Assembly: GCF_009834535.1 (NCBI RefSeq)
Contig: NC_045696.1
Location: 69,628,001-69,692,000 of the forward strand
Length of the DNA: 64,000 nucleotides
Direction of reading: 5' to 3'
Source: Camelus ferus
Lineage: Eukaryota
Shown: positions 1-9,942 of the stretch, piece after piece
Layout of the letters: each line of letters opens with the position of its first letter
Position numbering within the stretch: the first letter of the stretch is position 1
Notes under the pieces: model-generated
The model's database searches: none
What the model was told of the DNA's origin: nothing
Seen by the model: the letters and a program-made list of their open reading frames with translations, nothing else
Translations under genes and position numbers: made by a program

Positions 1-1956
1 ATTGGCAAGAGCTCTTCGCTGGTGTAAATCCCTCCACATGACTTCATGTCTGTGACAATCTTCTTATAAAAACCCACCCTCCAATTCCTCCCCTACCGAT
101 ATTCATTACTTACTACCTAATCCAGAAATACCCAACTTCTCTTCCCAAGGTGGAATGGAGAGCTTTGGCTTGAGGCAAAGGTCATAGGAGTCACACTCCA
201 GGCCTCAAGTCCAACCCCATGGAGGAAGTCGCTGTGAAGTGTCCTGCACTGTTTCCCTGTAGCCAGAGTGCGACTGATGTTCTGTGATTATACGGCAAAG
301 GACGTGTGGCCCCATGGGCTGCAGGCCTTCCGAGAGCTGGGCCTGAAGACAGACATCACTGAAGATGAATCCAGAAACTTCTGAGGAAACTAGATTAGAG
401 AGCAGAATAAGTTGGGATGAGCTGAAGCAGGATGGGGGCAGATAAACTGGGGAGGAGGAGGACTCGGGATCTAACCTGGGCTCTGAGTCTAATGGGGGAG
501 ACAGAGCCCTCAGGGATGTCAGCAAATCACTAGGAGGACAGCGGGTCTAGGATTGCACTCCAGCCACCAAACAGCACTGGTGTTACCTGGGGAATAAAGA
601 GAAGCACTGAGGGAAAACTCCACTGGATCTGGCCAGTAGCAAAATGCTCTACTACAAAATTAAATATCATGGAACTGCTCGTTTAAAGTTCAGAGCACCT
701 TTCCACCCACCCATTCGTGCTCACCCCACTCTCTTACAAAGTCAGGAGTTCATGCCTGATGAGCGCTGGGCCCAGGAACTCTAGGTTTCCTTTCGTGAAT
801 TTCAACATTTCTTGGGCTATAAACAACATCCCAAATGCCCACAAGTAGAAGCAGAAAAGAAGGTGAGCAAGTTTTCCCTAAAAGTCCACACTGCATGCCC
901 CGTGGTGCGGGTAGGAGGCAGCCCCATAGTTGGCTGGGACCCCCTTTGCTAGGGGCTAACCCCATACTTGGCGTCTTTCCTCCCCACTGCTGGCACACGG
1001 GGTGAATGGCAAGGCACACAAACAGAACAAGACAAGAAGAGCTCCCTCACAAGCCTCAGCATCCTGGAGGAGAGCAGAAAGCCGCCCCATGGCCAGCACT
1101 GGAGGGGGCAGAGCGGGTGGAGAAGGGAGAGGATTGCTTATTTGTTTCCTGGAACACCCTGTTAAGAATCTCAGCAGTTGCGGTTAGTGTGCGATCGTTT
1201 GGCAAGCGGAGTAGCTTCTCAGTCCTTCCCAGCTGCACGGGATCTAATTCGCAAATGCACCATCTTGCATTCAACTCTTAAATGGAAAACAAGCAGCCCC
1301 AGGAGGGAGGCAGGCGATCTAACTCAGCAAGCCCGTTTCGGAGGGATTTGTGCTTCTAGGTCGGTTGACTGGTTGGTGCAGGCTCTGGAGAGGATTTGAG
1401 TGTTGACCCTCTCTCATCTCGGGTCCAAAACCCACGCTGGCGGAGGTTATAAACTGCAATTAAACACAGTGAGAAAACGGGATTTGGTTGGGCCTTGGGC
1501 CTGCCAGTATAAGATAGTAACTAAAATCTGTTTGAGAGCTCAGATTTTAAAGGGACATACTACTTATTCTTCCCGCACTGGAAACCTGGTTAAAGGAAAT
1601 TAAGGCCTCTCTTAAAGGTAACTAAGATTAGAGGGCTCGGTTTCCGTTTTCTGTGTTTCTGTAGGCCGAACGCCCAGGTCGGTCAGCGAGTTTCTCTTCG
1701 GGTGGAATGACCAATTCCTGTCTCCTGAATTCTAAAATGATAACTTCGCTTGGTGCTGCAGCTGCGAACGACTGGCGCCCAGCGGCCCAGTCCTCTCGGT
1801 GGTGGTGCTGGGGGCCCGGGGCGGGAGGCAGGGGAAGGAGAAATAGGGGTGAAGTGGGAAGGGGAAAGAACCAAGCCTCAATGGAAAGTTGGGAGAGCTG
1901 CGAGGAGGGAAATAGCGGTGGCTCCTCTAGGCCCTCGGCTCCTTTAAGTTCTTCAC

Positions 1957-2248
1957 TGACTCAGCTAAGCTTCCCCCTCAGGTCGCGTTTTTTATGAATG
2001 AAAAACGTCCTTACATTCATTACATAAACAAGCCTGTGCTGATTGGCCAAAGGCCCCCCGGTGCATAAATTATGTAAAACAGACCCCTGGAGGGTGGGGA
2101 GGGACGCGCTGTTGACCAATGGGGACCGGAGTTGATGGGGCGGCTTGGCTGGATTTGCCCGCAGACAGGGTAAACAAGAAGTGATGGACAGCCGCGGGAG
2201 CAGCCATGGACCAATGGAAATGAGGCTAGGCTACAGCGGTGAGCCAAT
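1957..2248 (+). promoter_or_regulatory. Proximal promoter motifs: AP-1, CIC octamer, CCAAT boxes, GC box, forkhead site
   Basis: TGACTCA 1957-1963; TGAATGAA 1995-2002; ATTGG 2042-2046; CCAAT at 2116, 2211 and 2244; GGGGCGG 2137-2143; GTAAACA 2170-2176. Confidence 0.7.
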
Positions 2249-2317
2249 GGCGGCGGACGGAGCGGCGGGCCGGTGGGGGCCGGGCCAGCGCTTCAGCCCG
2301 GTTGGCAGCTGCGGCGC

Positions 2318-2466
2318 AGAGTCCAGCCGCTGGTGCGCGGAGCGGTTCAGCGTACCCCGAGCGGTTCGGCGCAGCCATTCGCCTAGGCGCTCAGGCCCGG
2401 TGCGCGCGTGCGTGAGCGCGCCTGCGCCCCGGGGCCGCTGCAAGGGGTGGAGAACCGCCGCCTCAG
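2318..2466 (+). other. ETV5: ETV5 exon 1 (5'UTR); start approximate
   Basis: Ends at a strong donor CAG|GTGAG (2467); lies in the CpG island just downstream of the CCAAT boxes; resembles the human ETV5 leader as recalled. Confidence 0.8.
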
Positions 2467-5321
2467 GTGAGGGGGCGTCGAGGGGACCGGGGCGGGGGGA
2501 GGGGGTGTCGGAGGGGTGTCCAGGAAGGGCCCAGCTGGCGAGAGTTCACTGGCTGATTCAGAATCCTCAAAGTCGGGATGGAATTTCTATCTGGGCCGAG
2601 CCTTCATCCCCCGGGACTGAACGCCCCCTCCTCCCGTGGCCGGGTCCGGTTTGGTTCCTGGGAGGCGTCAAGCGGGGGCGACTAACGGTTCCGGAGCGCG
2701 CGGAGAGCGGGTTTCAGCACGTTGCGGGGGAGGCGCGCGGTAGCGCGAGGTGCGGGGGCTCCCGGGTGGGGACTGAGGGGCGCCGAGTTGCGGGCTTTAC
2801 AGTCTGAAGATCTGAGAGCCTCGAGGGGACTTGGAGGCTCGCGAGAAAAGGCACTCGGTAGAGCTTTGCAGTGGCAAGGAGTGGGTGGAAAGCAGCTTAG
2901 GGAGAATGTTTGAGAGGTGATGTACCCCCACCCCCCCCCACCCTTGCACCAGAAGGGGTTAAGTGACATAGGCATGTGTAGCCTGCGGGGTTGGGGGTCG
3001 GCCAGGAACTTATGCAGGCCTTGCAAGTTTCAGGTTGTGGAAAGTGGACACCCAATCCCCCAACTCCCACCCCCAGCAACTGAGGGTGTCAGCCTGCACG
3101 GCGATTCTGGAGAAATCGGGGAGCATCAGAACAGCGGCTTGGGGATGGTGGAAGAGGGAAAAACGGGTGCGGTGGGGAGATGAAGAGATGCCGAAACCTC
3201 GCACTAGATTAGGGATCTGACCGCATTTTCAAAGGGGAGGGGGACCTCTGGGGGGAACCGAACTCCTGATCGAGGAGTGCCAGAGAGAGATGTTTGGAAG
3301 GTTTTTCTGTTTGGGGCGAGGGGAGGTGGATTGGAGGCGATTGGTAGAGCCCGGCGCCTCAGCTCGTTTTATGAATGTGGGTGATTTTATGAATGAAGCG
3401 GGTTTCTTTCGTTGGCTCGCTGCTCCCTGCGGCTTTTTTTTTTTTTTTTTCCTTTCCTTTTTTGTGAATGAAGCATTGAGCTTTCTTCCTAAAACGCTGG
3501 GGTGAGGGGCCTGCGTCGGAGGCTGGGCGTGCGTTGGGAGTGGGGGTGGGGGCGGGGGCGCATCTGAAGGAGTTTTCATGAATGGAGAAGGCTGGGAATT
3601 GGGTGGAAGTGTGTCTTGTTTTGTGAATGGGGCCCAGTGCGAGGGATCCAGTTACAGCCTTTACCTGATGTGGCGGCCGCGTTTCGCTCTCCCATTCATA
3701 AAACCGGGCCCGCTGCGCGCTGCGGGGGAGGGGCCTCGATCTCACCGCTGCGCCGTGTTAAACTTTTCCTGGGGGCACCGGGAAGGGGGGGGGCACAAAG
3801 GAAGTGGTTTAAACTCCTAGATGAACTCGAGCCTTCCCTTAAGGCTTAAAAAAAAATTGTACTTTGAACACGATTTTTCTAGCCCTTGAGATTTTGAAGG
3901 CTGCTTTAAAGACCCTCGATGCCTCTTTTCGATTCACTTCTGGCAGCTTCTTTCTTCCATTTAATTTTTTAAAAGATATTTTTGCTCTTCACGGTGAAGT
4001 ATTTTTGCAGCGTATTTCATCGTGAGACTGTGAAAGTATCTCCTTCTCCGATCTCCTACCCGTTCTCCCTCCAAATAGATATTTACAAAATTTCTGAAGC
4101 CACGGTTTATTTAATCTGACAGATTTCTGAAGGCTACAGAGAACTCATTTTCATGTCCCCCCAACCCACTGCAGATGATACTCAGGTTTTGTTTATGGGT
4201 TGGTGACATTTGAGAAAGAAGCGTTTTTCTGAATGTTTTAGCGCTGTTTGGAAGGCAGGCTAGCCCGGGTGTTTTTCAAGGAAGTTATGAATTGTGGGCA
4301 GTTTTGCTCCTCTCTTTTTCTTTGACTTTGAAAATAACTTATTACTTGGACCAAAGTGCTGAGAGAAGGCTGGCAGTGAAGGGTTTCCTTGCATCCTGCT
4401 AACTTAGAAAAATTTGATATGCTTCACACAGTGTGAAAAACAAATTGGATGGAATTGCCCACTGAGAAAAAGGTTTCTTATGTAAAATTTGTGTACAAGT
4501 TAAACAAAAGATTTATCCTTAAGTGTTTTGCATTGCTTAGAGCTGGGGTGAGAGAAATGAATGTTTCCCCCATTTTGTTGGCTCAACTGCATTTTTATTT
4601 GAATAAAACAGTGCTAAGGAAGATGGCACGTTCCTAAAATTGTTACTTTATTCCTCCCAAATTAGAAAAAGTTCCCTCCTCTCCATTTTGATCCCCAACC
4701 TCTGTCCCTGCCCCAACGCTTAACAGTGCTGAAACAAGTTTAATTTTATTTTGTCATGTTTGGGGAAAACTGACTTCACTATAAGAAACATTCTCTTTCC
4801 ATGAATGTTTTGCTTTTAATGCTTTTTAAAGATCTGTGGTAGCGGTGCATTTAAAAATACGTGCAGTGGAATTTAGTGAACTATGTGTGTTACTTTCCTA
4901 GCTGTTTTATTCTTTTAGAAGTTGGAGATGTCACAGATATCTGTCTCTATATATATCTGTAGTTGCCGTGGAGATATCTGTAACATTACAGACACTACAC
5001 CTGTTTGGACAAAAGGTTTAGATTTTAATGAAGAGTTGTGTATGAAGATAAGTATACCTCTGATCTGATAGATGTGTTCCTGGAACTATATATAGTGCTT
5101 TTACCATTGACCTATAAAATACTTTTAGAAACACTATGTATGTCAGATTCTTACTTGCAAATAATTTGGAATGCTTAAACCCAGTTTCTCTACTTCCTGT
5201 CACTGTACTGTCAAATTATGTCAAAAAACAAACTGAAAAACTAACCCTAACAAATGCCCTGGGGAATCTTCTTATGGAGAGAATCTTGGAGAGAAATTGC
5301 CCTTTCATAGTGAAAACGGCG

Positions 5322-5354
<33 letters not shown>

Positions 5355-5639
5355 GATAGGGGACAAATAGTAGTAAACCTGTAATTTTAATGATTAAATA
5401 AAAGAAAGATTAAAAGAATGACTAGGTAAATGGATTTGGCACTAAGTACACCATGAACCTTTGATGCCCTTAATCAAGCCCAGCATTAAGTCTATAAAGC
5501 TTACACCTTGAGTGGGCTTTAAGTACCTCAGAGAAAGGTAGTGATTTTTGCACAGGCCCTAGAGAAAGAGCAATATAAAATTATTTCATTTCTCTTTTTT
5601 CCCCCCTCTCAGTTAAAATCTCCCAAATTCAAATTACAG

Positions 5640-5713
5640 GAGGACCCCTTTCCCCCCAGAAATTACTCAATGCTGAGACCTTTCAAAGTGACATTAGAGA
5701 CGTTGGAAGCACC
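5640..5713 (+). other. ETV5: ETV5 exon 2, 5'UTR portion
   Basis: Acceptor ttacag|GAGGAC at 5639/5640; runs into Kozak context gcaccATGG. Confidence 0.8.
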
Positions 5714-5758
5714 ATGGATGGGTTTTATGATCAACAAGTCCCTTTTATGGTCCCAGGG
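5714..5758 (+). CDS. ETV5: ETV5 exon 2 coding part (MDGFYDQQVPFMVPG)
   Basis: Strong Kozak ATG at 5714; donor GGG|gtaagt; PEA3-family N-terminus. Confidence 0.97.
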
Positions 5759-5894
5759 GTAAGTTTATGTGGCTTTTGGTTTGTTTTGTCCTCCCTCTTC
5801 GAATGTGAGTCTTCTCGTTATTGGGTTAGTGGCACAACCCACTTTGGACCCCTTTATTACACTTGAGTCCTCACTGTTTGTTGGCCTCTTTCAG

Positions 5895-5982
5895 AAATCT
5901 CGATCAGAGGAGTGTAGAGGGCGGCCTGTGATTGACAGAAAGAGGAAGTTTTTGGACACAGATCTGGCTCACGATTCTGAAG
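5895..5982 (+). CDS. ETV5: ETV5 exon 3 (KSRSEECRGRPVIDRKRKFLDTDLAHDSE)
   Basis: tttcag| acceptor, G|gtaga donor, 88 nt. Confidence 0.97.
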
Positions 5983-6123
5983 GTAGAGATGCTCTCCCCT
6001 GGGTGTTGTAGCTTGCTCAAACGGCTCCCAGCGGAAGTGGCAGGTAGCCCATAGCCGGCCCTTCCCTCTTCTCCCTAGCAGAGAAGTTCTTCTCATTCTG
6101 GTGTCCTCTGTTTTCAATTCCAG

Positions 6124-6171
6124 AGTTGTTTCAGGATCTCAGTCAACTTCAAGAGGCTTGGTTAGCTGAAG
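6124..6171 (+). CDS. ETV5: ETV5 exon 4 (ELFQDLSQLQEAWLAE, acidic activation helix)
   Basis: ttccag| acceptor; non-canonical donor AAG|gcaagt; 48 nt. Confidence 0.95.
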
Positions 6172-6265
6172 GCAAGTTTCTTGGCTGTCCTGTTTTCCAC
6201 ATAAAACATTTTATTGTGCTTTTAAATAAAACTTAAAGGTCTAAAATAAAAATCTCTTTTTCCAG

Positions 6266-6316
6266 CACAAGTTCCTGATGATGAACAGTTTGTCCCAGAT
6301 TTTCAGTCTGATAACT
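6266..6316 (+). CDS. ETV5: ETV5 exon 5 (AQVPDDEQFVPDFQSDN, COP1 degron region)
   Basis: tttttccag| acceptor, T|gtaagt donor; 51 nt. Confidence 0.96.
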
Positions 6317-9300
6317 GTAAGTACCTTTCTGGTGGTGGTGGCACATGTGTTCTGAAATTGTTTGGTCTTGGATCATCTGTGTCTAGAATACTCTTTTCAG
6401 CTGCAGCCCCCATATTTGGACAGTGGAATGTGTTTGGTATCTTTTAATAATTCTAAGTTATCCCCTCCATAAACTTTTGTTTCATTCCTTATTAAAATTA
6501 TTTCTAAAGTGCTTTTATTCTATTGTGGGTAAGATTTACCTAAACATCATTTCATCCTAAATTTCTTTTTGCCTAAGAAGGTTGCAAGACTTCAAGCTCA
6601 AAATTATCAATTGAAATTAATGGATGCTTGGTCCAACATCTTATAAACAGACATTATCTTTCCAGTGTGTGGTTTTTTGGTGTTTTGTTTTTTTTTTTTT
6701 GGTTTCTTTTATAAGTTAAGTCCTTGATGTGAACCATGAGCCTGACTTTTTTTTCTTTTAAAGGTGCAGAAAGTAGTTAATGGAAGATTCCAGTTAATTG
6801 TGGCTTCACCCAACATGTTGTCAGTTTTGTTTCTACTTCTAAGTTGACAAAAAGTGGTCACAATGTGATCTGATTTATACTTATTTTTCATGTAGTTGTC
6901 AGGACTTTATTGTTCAGAGAAGAGTAAAAACTTTTCCTTAAAATGGTCATATCCCTGAAATAACATATGCAGTGGGAGCTCAAAAGATGGCTCTCAGTGC
7001 TGGCGAGGGTTAGCTTTGCACTAATCTTTTGGGGCTGTCCTCAACAGGTCTGGGAGCTTTTGTGGTCCAGGCAGAGCTATCAAGGACAAAGCTGGCTGAT
7101 GAAATTTGAGCAGCACAGGGCAGCTCTAGAGAGCATTAGTCACTGGCGAGTGAGCAGGTTTAAGAGAGGCCTGGAGAAAATGCTGCCTCTCTTGAGAGTT
7201 GCATCATAGAAAAATTCATGTCTCTTAGTCATAGTTTATAATAGCAAGCACCTGAGCCAGGCAAGGATTCAGTTTCTCATTTTGCACCAACAAATTCTTC
7301 CCAGCTTTGTTTTATCTTGTGTGTGTATGTAAAAATGCCACTGGGAGAGAGGGTATCTTTGGGTCTGGGTAAAAGCTGGGTGTTCTAAATCAATAAATGA
7401 AAGACCAGCGGTACCAGCCAAACATTAATGATTTAAGCTGCAAAAGAATGACGCTTTAAAAGGGAACAAACTGTAACCCACAGATGTGTGGTTACCTTAG
7501 CTTTGTCACAGCTTGCAAAGGATGTTTTCTGTAGGAAAGTAAATGCATGTTAATTGTTGCCCTTTGATTGCTTCCAAGTGATTGGGAGGCTTGCCACTGA
7601 AAGGCTAAATAAAGATAACCCAGATTCTGTGTGTATGTGTGCGCACACACATGCAAGATAAAAGGCAGAGTTTGTAATCCTACTTTGTTCTGTGTTGACA
7701 GTTTGGCCCAGCCTTTCCAGTGCTTGCTCAGAGCAGCATAAGCTGCAGTCTGTTTGGGAGGTGGCTTTCTTGGCAGAGGTCCTTTGAAATACTTTTATGA
7801 CACTTTTGTTTGTTTCTCTGTAACCCAAAAGAGTTAAAAGGGAGGTGAGATGACTGCATCCAAATTGATTTCATGTGCTGAAGCAAAGGTATGTGCCTTA
7901 GAACGATGTCAGCAAACAGGATTTATATTTGGAGAGATATTTATCTGCAGGAAGAAGCTAAAGTGAAGGAATCAATAAATGTGTTTTGGCTCCTTAGAAA
8001 TAATTCCTGCTCAGCGAATAGAATGTGCTAAGTTCTTTAATTAAAGTGCCATACCTACAATGGCACTGCTTTGGGAGATGCTTCTGCTTACCAAGTGTGA
8101 TGTCTTTTTCATTTTGTTTGCTTTTTGCTTTAACTTCTTAGGATTGAGCTTTTCTGTCTTTTGAGGATAAAGCAGATGGTTGAGTGGCCCCAGAAAGTCT
8201 TTTAATAATTCTTTCTCCCTCTCTGACTCCTATTTCTGGGGATGAAGCTTCAAGAAGGATAATTCAAACTGAGGTTAGGCAGGAACATAAGTGTGGGAGG
8301 TGTGTCCTTGAGCCTTTTATCCTTGCTGTTCTGTGTGCCTGGTTTGCCTGCATTTGAGGCCAGCAGTATAGACTTCTGGGTGCTGGCAGGGCCCAGGGCT
8401 GGGCAGACTCTTCTCTGTGTGCGGGTCATACAACCTTGTGTTGCAGATCAGCTTCTACTCTAGTGACCTTCTGAAAGAGCCCATGATGGTTCCGGGAGAT
8501 GGGGAAAAACTCATTCAAATTTAATGAAATCTTAGGAATTGGCTTTATTAACTCAATCAATGAAGTGTAAATCAAACGTGTCTTGCCGGGTAAAGCAAAC
8601 CTCTTCCCTAGGGTAGCAGAAACATTTGTAACAAATACTCTTCTGTGGCCTGCCACCAGTAGTAGTCTGCCTTCCCTGTCGCTGATGAGTTGATGAATTT
8701 TCCATCTTGAATGTGAGAGTTTTTGTGGATGTGTGTAAGAGAGAAAGAAATACCAAGTAACATGGATAACTTTTTATTTTAGAATGTCAGGTTTGAAGAT
8801 TATGGCTTACCTTTTTGTGTGTGTTGGGGTGGTGGGTGTAGGTAAACGCTATAAGCTCAACTTCTAAAGAGATTCGATTTTGTAAACTTTCCAGATTTGT
8901 GTTCCTACCCATCAGCATCCATCCAGAAGTGTAATTTGAAATCGTTGTTCTAAATCTTATAAAAATGCCCAGCTTACTTCTATCTGTGTAGATTGACCTT
9001 ATGTTACTAAGGTCTGTATTTGTGAAGTATCCTCCACCTGGAAACTCTTGAAGGTCACATTCAAGGGACTAGAAAGTACAGCCTGTAGACATAGGTGTTC
9101 TGCCAGTGCCACCCACTGTCCCTTGATCCTGAGACATAACCCTGAAGATTCCAGATGTTTGAGCTGGAAGTTCTTGTGGAGATGGTCTTGCCCAGCCCTT
9201 TCATTTTACTAAGAGGATAAGATAGCTGGAGAGACTGACTAGTGGTTGGGGGCAAGTAGGAGGGATTAAGTGAAATGAGGGGGGGAAATACATAAAATCA

Positions 9301-9819
9301 TATCCTTAAAGAAGCTCTCACAAAGCTGCAAGCCGGAGGTCACTGTCAGGGCTCTCTTATTATTTCAGAAACCTGGAGATGGCCCTCAGGAAGGCCTTGG
9401 AGAGCTGCCCAGTCTAACACCTCAGTTCTCTTCATTCTGTGACCCTGAGAAACCTATTCAACATTTCAGTGCTTTGAGTGTTTTCATGTAGGATTTGGAA
9501 GTAAGAGAGAAATTATAAGACAGATGAATTATAAAACTGACATGTTTCCTAGAAGTGTGTGTACAGATAAAACTGAATATATATCCTGTATGTTATAAAT
9601 GTGTGTATGTGTGTATAGCTATATAAATATGTATGCAGCTAAATATGTGTATTAACACATAGAGCTACCAAACCAGGGAATCTGGGTCAGGAGATAGATG
9701 TGTACGCATTTTTACTACACATTTTCACAGAATTAGCTGCAAATCAAACCATGGATAAGAGTGGAACTCAAGGTGCTCAGATTTAGGGTAGGAGTGGGTG
9801 AGTCTACATTCATTTTTCT

Positions 9820-9942
9820 TTTTTCTTTTTTTAATTTTGGGGGGGATTAGGTTTTTATTTGTTTTAATGCTGGTACTGGGGATTGAACCCAGGATCCTGT
9901 GCATGCTAAGCATGCACTCTGTCACTGAGCAATACCCTCCCT
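9820..9942 (-). mobile_element. tRNA-Ala-derived SINE (camelid Vic-1-like) with 17-bp TSD
   Basis: Reverse strand reads gggagggtattgctcagtgacagag...gggttcaatccccagtacc plus an A-rich tail; TSD tctacattcatttttct at 9803-9819 and 9943-9959. Confidence 0.9.

Larger units (their letters stand above)
1660..3790. promoter_or_regulatory. CpG island / ETV5 promoter and 5' intron 1
   Basis: Visibly GC- and CpG-rich compared with the CpG-poor remainder of the window; surrounds exon 1; boundaries approximate. Confidence 0.9.

Noticed and set aside
2145..2807. 220-aa ORF as an independent gene
   Set aside because: Low-complexity Arg/Gly/Ala ORF in a CpG island that runs through the exon 1 donor; no recognisable domain
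4930..4990. Palindrome acagatatctgt and three atatctgt copies
   Set aside because: Short, low-complexity local repeats with no supportable function
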